From positions 289,291 to 353,290 of the forward strand of contig NW_026867481.1 of NCBI RefSeq assembly GCF_020745735.1: a DNA stretch of 64,000 bases, written 5' to 3'. The stretch's first letter is position 1. Each line of letters starts with the position of its first letter. The DNA is from Hemiscyllium ocellatum. Its lineage: Eukaryota. Of this stretch, positions 25,322-38,787 are shown one piece after another. The notes under the pieces are model-generated. The model ran no database searches and had not been told where the DNA came from. It saw nothing but the letters and a program-made list of their open reading frames with translations. Position numbers and translations under genes: made by a program.

Positions 25322-25460
25322 CAAGGAAATGTTCGAAATTTCATGTGCTTGTTACAGGAACCAGCTGTCAAGATAAAAGTCATCCGGAACTTACTGAATT
25401 ACTTGTTCAAGAAATTAAGAGTCAAAAAGTAAAGACCCTGACAGTCATCTTCTCAGACTT
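25322..25460 (+). repeat. Left arm of a 139-bp inverted repeat (partner 30168-30306)
   Basis: Ungapped match to the reverse complement of 30168-30306, with 8 mismatches in 139 nt by manual count. Confidence 0.92.
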
Positions 25461-26904
25461 CTATCATTCTAATGGAATGTCAGAGTCCCTGACAACGTCA
25501 GTCTTTATTGCCCACCCATTCCAGAGGTTAGTTTTAATATATCTGGTGCCACATGTTGGCCTCACTGCGTGAGGATAGCAAATCTGCTTCATGGGGGACA
25601 TTCCTGGACCAAATGTTGTGAAGTGACATCCGATCCTGGTAAGGTGGTTATCAATAAACTGTTTTGTTTTAATTCAGGGTTTGTAATATAATTCAAAATG
25701 TGCCATTGTGGGATTCATACCAAATTTCCTTAGCATTCCGGTCTTAGCTTCCTGATGACCAGTCTAGTGACAACACCTCAATCCTCCCGCCTTCCTCCGA
25801 ATGTAACTTCAAATCTGCTTCTACAGAAATATCAAAATTTCTGATGAAGACCTCAATGTATTCTCCAGAGACCAGGGTGGTCCATCTCTAATTTTCTCAG
25901 ACAGATTCTCTGTTGACTCAGACGAAGTCGAGCAATCTGCTCAGTTGTTTGGAAGCTTATGCGCCATTTACTGTGTATTATTGTGCATGCTGTAGAGAAC
26001 AACATTTAAATTTGCATCTTTGTAAAAGGTGTCACTCGGACTGATTATTATTGTACGCGTCACATCAGTATCGAATGAAGTAATAGCACTCTAGAGGAAA
26101 TCGAGGAGGTTTTTTATGATTGGTCAGGACAGGAAAATGGTTCTTTTCTTGGAGCTAAGGACTTAAGGTGAGATTTTTTTTGGTGATCAACGTTGTAAGG
26201 GGCGTTGATACAATCAAGTGAAGCGATGAGACGTCAGTGTCTCTGTTTCATGGATAAGCAGTTATTGATAACTGTTGAATGCTATAGCGAGAGTCTGCTA
26301 TTCTTTAAGCTGAACCCTACATACGCTGTGGAACGCGGTAGCTGAAATGACAAGCGTCTAACTCGCTTAACAAATGATATAAATCGTAAATCCTGATCCT
26401 CCACTTTTACTTAAACATGAAATTCAACGAGGGAAATGGTGGTAAATGGAATTTGGCTTCAGAGTCCTTTTCCCAGCCAGGGACAGAGTGTTTGTTATTG
26501 TGCTATGAAATTTTATAACTTCCAAATATCGAAAATGCCAAATGTTGGCAATTCCAAGGATCTTGCATTACGTGGATTGCTCCTTCATCGAGTTGGCATG
26601 GATCTGAACGGCAAAATTGTCTTTTATCATTCTTATTTTGTTGAATATGGCATGAAGTTATGCCTGGGTATGTGTTTTTCCAGGTTTTATGACTTCCTGA
26701 CACTCTGTTACTCCTCGTTTCTCTTAATGTTTCACCCGCCCCTAATCATCATTGCACAAACACATGGTTGCTTATTAAGTGCATCAACTTGTTCCGAGAT
26801 CATTGCATATGTCTGCAACAGATGCGCCTTGAACCATGCTCTCTGTCTACTTGTTAAGTGCAACAAAAACCTCGAGAAACAATAATTACATTAGATACTC
26901 CATG

Positions 26905-29823
26905 TAACAAGTGTAGGGAGGTTGGAACATGGCAGGATTCTCGAAGGAGGGTGCCTCTAAATAGGAAGGTGGCTTGAAATGTGTATACTTCAATGCCAGA
27001 AGTATAAGAAATAAGGTAGGTGAACTTGCAGCGTGGGTTGGTACCTGGGACTTCGATGTTGTGGCCATTACAGAGACGTGGGTAGAAGAGGGACAGGAAT
27101 GCCTGTTGCAGGTTCCAGGGCTTAAATGTTTTAGTAGGGTCAGAGGTGGGGGTAAAAGAGGGGGAGGTGTGGCATTGCTTGTCAAGGATAGTATTACAGC
27201 GGTGGAAAGGATGAAGGAGGAAGACTTGGCATCTGAGGTAGTTTGGGCTGAGGTTAGAAATAGGAAAGGTGAGGTCACCCAGTTAGGAGTTTTCTACAGG
27301 CCTCCTAATAGTCCGAGAGACGTAGAGGAATGTATTGCGAGGATGATTCAGGAGAAGACTGAAAGTAGTAGGGTGGTTGTTATGGGGGACTTTAACTTCC
27401 CAGATATTGACTGGGAAAGCTATAGCTCGAGTTCGTTAGATGGGTCGGTGTTTGTCCAATGTGTGCAGGAGGGTTTCCTGACACAATATGTAGACAGGCA
27501 AACAAGAGGTGAGGCTATACTGGATTTGGTTCTAGTTAATGAACCAGGCCAGGTGTTAGACTTGGAGGTAGGTGAGCACTTCGGGGACAGTGACTACAAC
27601 TCGGTGACTTTTACTCTAGTGATAGAGAGGGATAAGTGTGCACTGCAGGGCAGGAGTTATAGCTGTGGGCAGGGAAATTATGATGCTGTGAGGCATGACT
27701 TAGGATGCGTGGATTGGAAAAATAGGCTTCAAGGGAAGGACACAAATGATACGTGGAGCTTGTTCAAGGAGCAGCTATTGGGTGTCCTTGATAAGTATGT
27801 ACCAGTCAGGCAGGGAGGAAAGGGTCTTGTGAGGGAGCCGTGGTTTAATAAGGAATTGGAATCCCTTTTGAAAGGGAAGTGGGCGGCATATGTAAAGATG
27901 AGGCGTGAAGGTTCAGTTGGGGCGATTGAGAGTTATAAGGTAGCCAGGAAGGATCTAAAGAGAGAGCTAAGAACAGCGAGAAGGGGATATGAAATGTGCT
28001 TAGTTGGTAGGATTAGGGAAAACCCAAAGGCTTTCTATAGGTATGTCAGGAATAAAAGGATTATTCGGGTAGGTATCGGTCCAGTCAACGATAGTAGTGG
28101 GAAGTTGTGCGTGGAGGCGGAAGATATTTGGAGAGACAATAAATCAATACTTTTCATCAGTATTCACTCAGGAACAGGACATTGTTACTGATGGGAATAT
28201 TGAGTCACAAGTGATTAGAATGGATGGCTTTGAGGTATGTAGGGAAGAGGTCTGGGGAATACTGGAAAGGGTGAAAATAGATAAGTCCCCTGGGCCTGAT
28301 TGCATTTAACCTAGGATCCTCTGGGGAGCTAGGGAGGAGATAGCAGAGCCATTGGCCTTGATTTCTATGAAGTCGTTGTCTACAGGAATAGTGCCAGAAG
28401 ACTGGAGGATAGCGAATGTGGTCCCTTGTTCAAGAAGGGGAGTAGGGATAGCCCTAATAACTATAGGCCAGTGAGTCTCACTTCTGTTGTGGGCAAAGTC
28501 TTAGAGAGAATTGTAAGGGATAGGATTTATGAACATCTGGATAGGAATAATGAGATCAAGGATAGTCAACGTGGTTTTGTGAAGGGCAGGTCGTGCCTCA
28601 CAAACCTTATTGAGTTCTTTGAGAAGGTGACCAAGGAAGTGGACGAGGGTAAATCAGTATATCTGGTGTATATGGATTTTAGTAAGGCGTTCGATAAGGT
28701 ACCCCATGGAATGCTACTGCAAAAATTACGGAGGTATGGCATTGAGTGTGCATTAGAGGTTTGGATTAGGAATTGGCTGGCTGGAAGGAGACAGAGGGTA
28801 ATAGTTGATGGTAAAGGTTCATCTTGGAGTGCAGTTACTAGCGGTGCTCCACAAGGATCTGTTTTGGGACCATTGTTGTTTGTCATCTTTATAAATGACC
28901 TGGAGGAGGGGCTTGAAGGCTGGGTGAGCAGAGTTTTCGGATGATACGAAAGTCGGTGGAGTTGTGGACAGCGAAGTAGGATGTGGCAGGTTACAGCGGG
29001 ATATAGATAAGTTGCAGAGCTGGGCAGAAAGGTGGCAAATGGAGTTCAATGTAGCTAAGTGTGAAGTCATTCACTTTGGTAGGAGTAACAAGAAGATGGA
29101 TAACTGGGCTAATGGTAGGCTACTTGGTAGTGTGGATGAGCAGAGGGATCTTGGTGTCCATGTACACAGATCTCTGAAAGTTGCCACCCAGGTAAATAGT
29201 GCTGTGAAGAAGGCATATGACGTACTGGGATTTATTGGTATAGGAATTGAGTTCTGGAGTCGTGTGGTCATGTTGCAGTTATATAAGACTCCGGTGCGGC
29301 CTCATCTGGAGTATTGTGTGCAGTTTTGGTCGCCATACTATAGGAAGGATGTGGAGGCACTGGAACGGGTGCAGAGGAGGTTTACCAGGATGTTGCCTGG
29401 CATGGTAGGAAGATCGTATGTGGAAAGGCTGAGGCACTTGGGGCTGTTCTCATTGGAGAAAAGAAGGCTTAGGGGAGATTTGATAGAGGTGTACAAGATG
29501 ATTACGGGTTTAGATAGGGTTGACAGTGAGAACCTTTTTCCGCTAATGGAGTCAACTGTTACTCGGGGACACAGCTTTAAATTAAGGGGAGATTGGTATA
29601 GGACAGATGTTAGGGTCGATTCTTTACTCAACGGGTTGTGAGTTCATGGAATGCCCTGCCAGTAGCAGTGGTGGACTCTCTCTCTTTATGGTCATTTAAG
29701 CGTGCATTGGATAAGCAAATGGAGGTTATTGGGCTAGTGTAGGTTAGGTAGGCTTCGGTCGGCACAACATCGAGGGCCGAAGGGCCTGTACTGCGCTGTA
29801 TTGTCTACGTTCTATGTTCTATG
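26905..29823 (+). mobile_element. 5'-truncated CR1 LINE with a near-complete ORF2 (endonuclease and reverse transcriptase), broken by frameshifts and stops
   Basis: ORFs 26974-28191 (YFNARSIRNK, ITETW, YRPP, MGDFN), 28426-28944 ([31 protein letters not shown]) and 28964-29641. The tail is (GTTCTAT)n at about 29809-29823. Confidence 0.95.
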
Positions 29824-30009
29824 GCTATCACAATTGCTTTTTCAGTCGCTGAAACGTCTGTTTATATTACTTGAGACTCATTCGTATTTCTTACTGCATG
29901 ATTACGTTTTGTTCCCAGTACACTAGACACTGACTGTTCATGTTGCGCAAAACAATGCTTTTTTATTTTCTCTTCGCTTTGCTCTTGTTGTTAACTTAAC
30001 AGTTAAGTC

Positions 30010-30162
30010 ATGGCAGGAGACCCCAGATGCATGCTGTGTGTCTTCCGTGCGATATGGGAATTCAAGGCCTGTTCCGATGTCCCTGATCCCTTTACCTAAA
30101 GAAAGTGTGTCCAGCTGCAGCTCCAGTTTTACCACTTGACAGGTATGGAGATGCAGGTGGAT
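30010..30162 (+). mobile_element. CR1 ORF1 N-terminal (zinc-finger) fragment
   Basis: MAGDPRCMLCVFRAIWEFKACSDVPDPFT*RKCVQLQL resembles the CxxC...W...VPD..C.KC..LQ start of CR1 ORF1. Confidence 0.6.
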
Positions 30163-30167
30163 TAAAC

Positions 30168-30306
30168 AAGTCTGAGGAGATGACTGTCAGGGTCTTTACT
30201 TCTTGAATCTTAATTTCTTGAACAAGTCATCCAGTAAGTTCCTGATGACTTTTATCCTGACAGCTGGTTCCTGTAACAAGCACATGGAATTTCGAACATT
30301 TCCTTG
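30168..30306 (-). repeat. Right arm of a 139-bp inverted repeat (partner 25322-25460)
   Basis: Reverse complement of 25322-25460, as described for the left arm. Confidence 0.92.
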
Positions 30307-33300
30307 TTATATCGTGTACAGCAACCAGTCATTAAAAAAAAACATGAAAGCTTAAACTCTCTGGGAACCATGTAACAATTTCTGGAACTTCTTCACAGCA
30401 GAATTGTGGATGTTCTTGCTCCTGAGGTCTGCAGTAACTAAGTAGGCTGCACACCAGCACCTTGCCCACGGCAACTAGTGATGGGGGAATAAATGCTGCC
30501 TTAGGCAATGACTCCCAAATCCCATAAATGAATACTGATATAGTACGTTTGTTCTTTGAATTAACTGGTATAGTGGTATATTAGGAGATGAACAGTCGTG
30601 ATATAATAACATCAGAGCAGACATTAAGTTGGAACGTCCTGCATGATTCTACTTCTCATATTCACACTTTACAACTATGACTTCTCTTTCTGGCTGAAAA
30701 AAAAAAACAGAAATGCAGACTGATCTGGAAAGAGAAAGCAGACTGGTGTATTATCAAACGTGTGACAATTCTATCACTTTGAAAAGGACATTCTGTTCTG
30801 GGCATTTGATTAAAGAGAAGTTGGAAAGGCATCCGTTATGATCTGCAGACTGGAGATTGCCTACTTAAACAAGTTAGGTGGTCTTTAGTTTTTGTTTTAT
30901 GAAGTTGGAAGAATGGAATCAGTTTGAAAGTGAGTGGCCAGTTCTCACAAACCAGGCTTTCTACATTTTTCTTTCAGCTTGAGCAGGCAAAAGCTGTTCG
31001 TGGTTCCAGAAGAGCTGGACTCTTTAGTGAATGATACCAAGCCACTCCTTCCTCTGATATCTCCATTGATGTTATTTCTTCTTTATTGGAGAACTACAGG
31101 CAAGAATCTGTGTTTGATTTGATCTTTTTTGCCAAGCAATTTGTTTCTAATAGAGTATAATAGATCAGATCAGAACATAATAGAATAGCATATTCTTTAT
31201 TGTAAAGTTAATCCATTGCAAGAGTACCGAGAAAAGGCTTCAAGCTGCCTGCCTTCTTATGGCGACATCTTATGTGCAAGTATCTGTTTACAAATGTTGC
31301 ATACACCAGGGGACTAAATGTAGTTGAATTACTTTGCACAGTTTAAAACTAAGTTTTCGAAAAGAAACTATTAAAATGTTGACATTACAGCAAGGTCAGA
31401 CATTTCGTGTACACATTACGTTGTTGCAGTTCAACACAGTATGTCCACGCTGATCCTAATCCAAATGCCTTCCCTGCTCTGCTCCAAACCGGCAGCCCAC
31501 TCTGTACCGGTACTCAGCTGATCCAAGGTAAGTTTGAGTGCTGCATTCCCCACGCTGGTCTCAGTCCAGAGCTCTCTGCTTACTCGCGGCTTGAAGCCTG
31601 CTTCCCTGGACTGCTCTGGAACTTTCAGCTCATGGGCTGCTCCAGGACTCGCAGCCCGTGCACTCCTCGAGCGATTCTGGGTTCTCGCAGCCGATGTGAT
31701 GTTTCAGGGTTTGCAACACACGTGATGTGTCAGAGCTCATTTCTATCGTACTTGCTGCCCATGCCTGTCGCTGCTACACGATTCACTTTTGGGGCTAAGG
31801 GAGAACAAAAAAAGAGGAGAAAAAAGACAAAGAAAGGAAAAGAATAGGCAGGGTAGGAGAGCTCGAGCAAGGCATCTTATTCTAACACTGTCTTGCCAGT
31901 GTGAACAATTCATTAGGAACAGGTACTATATATATTATTGGGTTATGGTTTCTACTCGTTAAGTTATTCTAAGTTAATCTTTCTTTTGTTTGTATATGAA
32001 CTACACGGTATAAGTACATTGTGCTTTGTTTAACGTCATGTGTTTTGAAAAGTCACAACAGACCTGGAAAAATCAGTTCGCATCTATCTTTAAAATTAGG
32101 AAATGTTAGGGTCCAGGCTGTCTTCTTAAAATATTTCCCAGTCCATAAGAACTGGAACATAGGGAACGAGGAGCTGACGTTGCAAAAAAAAAATTATGCA
32201 AATATTCAAAGAGGCTGATGAGGAAATTCCTTATTTTCTCGATAGGTGAACGAAAAAGAACTATAAATACATCAGTTGAATAACAGAAGAGTTAGAGGAA
32301 AAATATTTATGTTACGGAATCTCACCAGAATACAGACCTCATTGACAAGTAGAGTGCATGGATCCTGTGGAAGTGATGTTAGGAGAAGGTAAATTACAGG
32401 TGGGACAAAGGAATAGAAGAGCAAAGCGTCTTAGTGGAAATTTTGTTATGATTAGAAGGGTGAACGTTTCGGATGAAATTGGAAATTCTGGCATTCTCCA
32501 GTTGATGGTCGCTTAGCCCCCTCCCCTGTCCTGAACATTGTACATAATGTAAAACTCAGACTTTAGGGGCAGAATCAAGCAATTGATTTGTCGAGAATTT
32601 AAATTTTCAGGGACGGAGCAGACGCACTTCCTACGAATAACATTAAAATTACAACAAAACCTGCACAAACTGAAACCAACTGACAGTTCTGAGTCTACCA
32701 GGAACGAGGTCACAACGGTGTAAAAGCACAAACAAACCATGTAGAAATAAAATAAGATGAGATAAATTACCTTCAAATTTCAGATTAAGGCGAAGCAGAA
32801 GAATCTACTCCCTTGAAAGTGGAATATACCTTCCATGACGATTAAAGTAACAAATAGAAATGATTATTTTTTGAAGATGGCAACTCAGCTCAACTGAATT
32901 TGTCGTTTTCACTTGATTTTCCTCTGAGCAGTAAGAAACACATTTTATGCTTTTGCATAAAATATTGTTGGAAAGTACTTGTCTTGCTGACGTTTATTTT
33001 TCCATAAGAAAACATTTAAATGCAAATTTCGATCATGCATTTGTCATTTTTCCTGTCTCTAAAGCTGTAAAACATTTTGTCCAACGACTCTTCCTACTTC
33101 TCCAGAACTTCACAAATTTGGCAAGCTCCTGTCTTTGTCTAGTGAAATTCTGTGAGTTTTTATTGAATCTGCTTTCTCCATTCTCTGCCTGTGTTGAAGG
33201 GAACAAACGAACATCTGCAAGAACTAATTTTCCAATAACAGCCTTCAAAAATGCAGAAAGTAATATTTGAAGTAAATTATCAGAAAATCACAAACATATT

Positions 33301-33569
33301 CATTTAATTATTATCTTTCCATTATGTACAATGGATTAGCACATAATGAAAACCGTTTCTCTGCTCCAGTCCCGGTTCACAAATTTCCAACATCGTGCAA
33401 CTGCAAACCACTGCTCTCTCCGTTCTTTGTATTGCTGTGGTTATAATCCTCAATACATTCAAGTTTTTGCACAGCTCTCCAAGTGCTCTGTATCACTATG
33501 TTCTCACCATCAGTATCAATATGTTTTTGTACAGCTCTCTCCGTGCTCTAGATGACAGAGTATGCTGAG

Positions 33570-33785
33570 CGCCGACTCAGTGCACAGCAATACACAGCGG
33601 AGTCACTCAGTTGTACTGTGGGGATATGTAAACGACTGATTATCGCTGCAGATCAGTATCAGCAGAAATTCTTGTTCCAGCTGTATTTTCTGTATTATGC
33701 CCTTCTAAAGTGTATCTTTGAAGCAAGTATTTCAGAGACTGTCCTGGGCGTGATTGTTCTGCTATACTGTGTACTGACAGAACTC
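33570..33785 (+). pseudogene. Possible highly degenerate V relic
   Basis: ADSVH...HSVVL, QYQQ and ISETVLGVIVLLYCVLTE loosely fit the FR1, FR2 and FR3 spacing. No RSS. Confidence 0.3.
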
Positions 33786-34829
33786 TGAATACTTATAACT
33801 TAATATCACGGTGTCACCTGCAGCAGAGGTTTGGAAAGTAGGACTCTGGGAAAACAGAGACGGAGAATCTGTGGAATATAAAAAAATGTTTTTAACGCAT
33901 TGACTGCACCGGAAACCTCGTAATCGTGTAAATAGTTCTGTTAGGAAGACATTTCTCTTAATTTAACGTAGTCTTGAAGTGTCTTTAACATAATTATCAA
34001 ATTCATATCCAGACTTTGCGTTTCTTCTGTTGACACAGTGAATTGTTATGATTCGATTCAAACGCTAGAATGGGTTAGGAGAGTTCAGAATCAAGACTAA
34101 ATTTCAAACTGTAATTGCAAGTTTACAACGACAGGGAATTATCCCAGAAAAACGAGCGAGAGTTACCGAATATGAAAAATGGTCGCTGTTTTGAAGCTTC
34201 AGCAATTGCAGTCCAGACAGTTTGATTTTGTGTATTTCTTGTGTATTTCTGAAAAAATGCGCATTTGGGAAATCGGTTTATTCATTCACTTTCCTCCTTG
34301 CTGAGTCGATCGCCCTACAGAATTGGGTAAACGAAAATACCCCTGAGTGTGTTGCATCACTGTCTTCAGTAAAGTCCAATGGAAAGTCATAAATGTCATC
34401 AGTAGTGATTCTTCTAGATGCCCGCTGAGGCACAGCATGAGGGAATAGAATCAAAGAAAAGTGAGGGCACAGGGACAGTTCATTCGCTCTGGCGTGCACA
34501 TGTTGCCTCTCTGAGAGAGGTATTCAGACGCTATAATTTCAAACTCTCTACCAAACAGCCTGGTGCATTCTTCATTCTTTCATAATTATGCAATTTGCTT
34601 TATAACTCCTGAATCAATTTTGTCTCTCCTGCAGTCTCAGGAAATACATTCCAGATTATAACAGTTTATCTTGCTGTTCCTTTTTTTCTGAAACCGCAAA
34701 TGCTTCTTTTGCCAATTCACTTAAAGGGGTTATTTTCTGTTCCCGAGTTTTCTACCAACGGGATCAGTTTCACTTTATCTTATCTATCGACGCTCTTCAT
34801 GATTTTGCTTATCTTCACCAAGTAGGAAA

Positions 34830-35560
34830 AATGTGAATGCTTCGCAGGGACCCAAAATAAAATTTACCAGGATGTCCCCTGCTATGGAAGATACGAGCGA
34901 TGAAGGATTGTATAGATCGGGTTTTTGTCTTTAGAAAGAATGAGGTTGCGGGGAGACTGATAGAAGTTTATAAGATTGTGAATGGCTTGGAGAGAATGGA
35001 GACTATTGAGCGTGTTTTCTCCAAGGTGGAGGGTTAAATTATTAGGGAACCAGGATCAAGGTGCGAGGGGGGAAGAGTTCAAAAGCGATATGCGATGCAA
35101 TTTTTTCACTACAAGGTAGGGGAGTGCCTGGATTGCGTTATCAGCCAGAGCACGCACAATATCAGACTTCAAAGCACCCGAAGAAGACATTAATATGAAT
35201 GGAATGAAGGGATACGGATCCTATGTGTGAAGACATTTTAAGAAAATAAGTTCAGCGTGTGTTAACGGACGCTTCAACAGCTTAAAACCCTTTTCCTGTG
35301 CTGCATTGTACTTTTTCCGGTTCTTCCTTTTCCTCAAACTTCTCCTCTTGAAGAAAAAAGTAGCCCCAACTTCTTCAATCCATCTCCTTCTCCGAACTCC
35401 CACAACCATCAAACAATGCTTGTAAATATCTCTTCATGCTCTATCATGCTTTTCATCCGACCTAAGAAACGTTTCCCAGAACCTGACACAATGTTCTCGT
35501 TGTTGTCAAAGCTGGATCCACAAATTTAACGCAATATCTTTGCTTTTGTACACAATGTCC
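34830..35560. mobile_element. CR1 3' fragments (plus-strand piece 34830-35220, minus-strand piece 35220-35560)
   Basis: ttagaaagaatgaggttgcggggagactgatagaagtttataagattgtg matches the CR1 3' end seen at 29450-29520, and an oppositely oriented degenerate piece follows. Confidence 0.7.
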
Positions 35561-35716
35561 CCCTCAATGATGCTTATGCAAGGTTGATTTTCTGACCTCT
35601 TATGACACTTTTTTTTATTTTATGCTCGGATGTAAATTGTTTCGACATTTTATTACCACATTGTAGCTACAGTCCACTTTTGCAACTATTTGTCTTTCCA
35701 TAAATCCCGGAAACAA

Positions 35717-36042
35717 GGGTGGCATGATGGCTCAATGGTTTGCATTGATGTCTTACAGCACCTTTGACTCGAGTTCTATTTCAGCCTCGGGTGAGCGTCT
35801 TTGTGAAGTTTGTACATTCCCTCCATGTCTGCATGGGTTACCTCCCAATGCTCAGGTTTTCTCCCACAATCCAAACAAATGTTGTTTAGCTGAAATGGTC
35901 ATGGAAAATTCTCGATTGTGCTCAGGGATGTGTCGGTTATGTGCATTTCACGAGGGATTTGGTCTGGGTCGGTTACTCTTCGGAGGGTCTGTGTGGTCTT
36001 TTTGGGTCAAAGTGTCGGTTCCCACACTGTAAGACATCTAAT
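35717..36042 (+). mobile_element. HE1-type SINE, near full length
   Basis: tRNA-like head gggtggcatgatggctcaatgg...gagttctattt (A/B boxes), body tccatgtctgcatgggttacctcc and 3' cccacactgtaagacatcta, matching the copy at 15781. Confidence 0.85.
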
Positions 36043-36222
36043 TCAATTTCGCTCGGTTTCACTTTTCTGAGATTTACTTTAAGCCATTTCATTTCAAAAT
36101 CTATATCTCTCACTTTACAGTATTTATTTGGTCATTTCCATCTTGTGAATTGCTACCGAGTCTCCAAATTGGCGTTTGGGTTTTGCAACTGCGATTTGCA
36201 CCTTGGTTTTACCATCACTGAG

Positions 36223-36420
36223 AACTAGGGTCTATGCATGTCGGACAATTTCAAGTCCCTCAGTCCATTGATGACCTGTTCTCCTTGTTTTGTGGCAAAC
36301 TGGTCTCTGAAATTTACATCAAATGGAGTCTTCAGATCAGGATCAGTCCATTCGGGCAATTGCCTGCACCTGTTTTTGTACTGTCCAAATGCCTCTTCCC
36401 TCCTGACTGTGACGAGCATG
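36223..36420 (-). pseudogene. Possible V relic downstream of the NAR-type V
   Basis: ORF 36225-36419 ends NFRDQFATKQGEQVINGLRDLKLSD (FR3-like, YYC lost). It is followed by CTCAGTG (36222-36216) and GCAAAACCC 29 nt later. Confidence 0.35.
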
Positions 36421-37149
36421 ATTATTGTTTTCTTCTATTTCCTTCCATTTCCCGCTCTCTATTTTGCAACTACGCCATCGTCACAATAAACCATTCATTG
36501 AAAACACTCGATATGTCGGCCAGCTTTACATTCTGAACTGAGTTTGTGCAAATGCATTCCTCTGAATATATTCATCTGTTGTTTTGGAGCTTCTTAAGTT
36601 GTACTGAACAGCGTTTTGCTCGGAACAACATAGAGTTGAACCAATGTATCCACACGCAGCTTATTCAGCGCTTAACCGCAGGTCAAAGATTCCGATGGTA
36701 TCTTTTCATACTCTCTGACTTTCGAATGAGGACAAGGCTGTTCTAACGCTTAAAAGGATGCGTAATTGTACTCAACACTATACTTAGCGGTGTAAAAAAA
36801 ATACTGTTGATAATGCAAACTTATATAAGATCTGAACAGGAAAGGTCATTCGTATCTGAGAAGGTCAATAAATTTCAGGATTATCCACGTGACTCGTCCT
36901 TATACAAATCATGCTCCGTCCTGTTTCCAAATGCATGAACCCCTTTGCTTTCAAACATCTAAGAAAGCTGGAATTCCTTATGGCATCCCTTAGGAGATAG
37001 GTAAGATTTAACAAGGTCAACCTGTGTTTTTACAAGGTATTGTTAATATAATGCAATCCAGTGTGATCTGATAGGTGACTGTGACCCTTAGCCGTACAGT
37101 TGAATTTAGCGTCATGGCTCAGAGATGCACAGCTTACCCTTCAGTCTAA

Positions 37150-38150
37150 TGCGTCCATGACAACCAGATATCATAAAATAATCCAGCCCCCTTGCAAAAC
37201 ATTTGCACCATATCCCTTTCGACTCTTCCATGTAATTAAGCATTCACATGCATTTACGCATTGTGACTGCAACACGCTCGACAGCTTCATCTGGAAGTTA
37301 ATTCAATAGTTCACCACACTCTGCATGAGACAACTGCCCCGAGATCAATTTAAAATCTGCCCCCACCTTCTTATCTAAAATAAATGGTCACGGTTTGGAC
37401 TTCCTACCCCAGGGAAGAAGACGTTGAATCATCACTCGACCAATGCCTCTCATGATTTTATAAACTTCTGTTAGTTAAGATCTAAGCCTCTGACTCCCCA
37501 GAGAAAATAGCCTTAACCTATTTAGCATCTCCTTACACCTTAAAGGCTCTAAGCCTGCCACCATCCTTGTAAGTATTATCTGAACCATTTCAAGCTTCAC
37601 AACGTCTTTCCGATAGCATGGCAACCAGAATTGAATGCAGTATTCCAAAAGTGACCCAACCTAAGTCCTGTAAATCTGCAACGCGACCTCCTACCTCCTA
37701 TGCTTAATGTACTGACGAAGAAAGGCAAAGATACCAACCATTTCTTCACGGTACTGTCTATCTGCGACTCTAATTTCACAGAATAATAAACTTGTGCACC
37801 ATATCACTTGTCTGGCCAGAATACCCAGGACCTTAACTGTAGGTGTACAAGCATGCCCTGATTTTCCCTATTAAAACGTTGCAGTTCACTATTATCTGGT
37901 CTGAACTCCATCTGCCATTCCACCATCCATCGACCAATCTGATTCAGGTCCCATTGTATTCTGAAGTAACCATCTTTGTCACTACACCAAAAAAAATGAT
38001 GTCACCTGCAATCTTACTAATCACACCTCTTATATTCACATTCTAATCATATATACATAAGTGACAAAAAACAGTGAGATTAGCAGCGAACCTTGTGGCA
38101 CATCGATGGACACAGTACTTCCATTCGAAAAGCAACCCTCCACCACTATC
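37150..38150 (-). mobile_element. Degenerate CR1 RT/3' fragments
   Basis: Motifs such as gcagtattccaaaagtgacccaacctaagtcctgtaaatctgcaac and gaaccttgtggcacatc resemble the reverse complement of the CR1 at 26905-29823. Confidence 0.7.
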
Positions 38151-38517
38151 CTCTGAAGAAACGCCGGATCAGATTGCTCAGAAAGGAAGATGTGAAACGA
38201 AACACAAGATATAAGAAGTGGATGCCATCTGGTATCAGTGAATCTTGAAAGGCATCAGTCATTCGAACAGGAATCGACTGACTGATGACTACCCCACGAA
38301 CGACATCACTGACAGATACGCTCAGCATTTACAAAACTCAAAATTTTAACAGTGATAAACCAGCATTATTTGAACAAATGCGGTGTTTTCATTGAGGGGG
38401 GAAATTAGGGTTACTCAAGGCTAATGGGGTTCGAATTTTCGCTTACTTCTGTTATAATCTGCGGAGGCTGTTTTAGAATCATGGCATGCTGAGCCATGTC
38501 ACTTAGTGTTATAAGTG

Positions 38518-38787
38518 CACCAACCTTTATAATAATAGGAGGCAGCGTCTTTAACATTCACCTTCTGAACATTCAGCAAAATGTCTTTTCTGCTTTACTC
38601 ATCCCCACAACAAACCGTCCTCCTGATAAGATCCAGTCCCGCTCTGTTCCAGTCCGTGCTTGTTTGAAGAAATCTCCCCGTTGCAATGAATATGCAAAGA
38701 AGCCACCATAGAAAACGTAGTCGATGGTGACAGACTGGCACTTTGCTTTGTTGTCCGCTTGTAGGATCTGTCCCACTGAATGACTGA
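38518..38787 (-). pseudogene. NAR-type (IgNAR / NAR-TCR-like) V pseudogene
   Basis: After an ATAACAG acceptor: SHSVGQILQADNKAKCQSVTIDYVFYGGFFAYSLQRGDFFKQARTGTERDWILSGGRFVVGMSKAEKTF, a 1-nt loss in a T run, then LLNVQKVNVKDAASYYYKGW. It aligns colinearly with the VNAR framework (RVDQTP..TKETGESLTINCVL...[36 protein letters not shown]) and lacks CDR2. Both canonical Cys read Tyr. A possible leader relic MGLIHVLTLCDYLP lies at 38945-38903. Confidence 0.75.

Noticed and set aside
26436-26885. 149-aa ORF upstream of the CR1
   Set aside because: No recognisable motif, an alternative start codon and no splice context. Likely a chance ORF.
33900-34070. CACAGTG at 34034-34040 after FFC*
   Set aside because: No nonamer at the proper distance, and upstream V similarity is marginal.
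34278-34499. FPLDFTEDSDATHSGVF resembling V FR3
   Set aside because: No YxC, no RSS and no FR2 motif.
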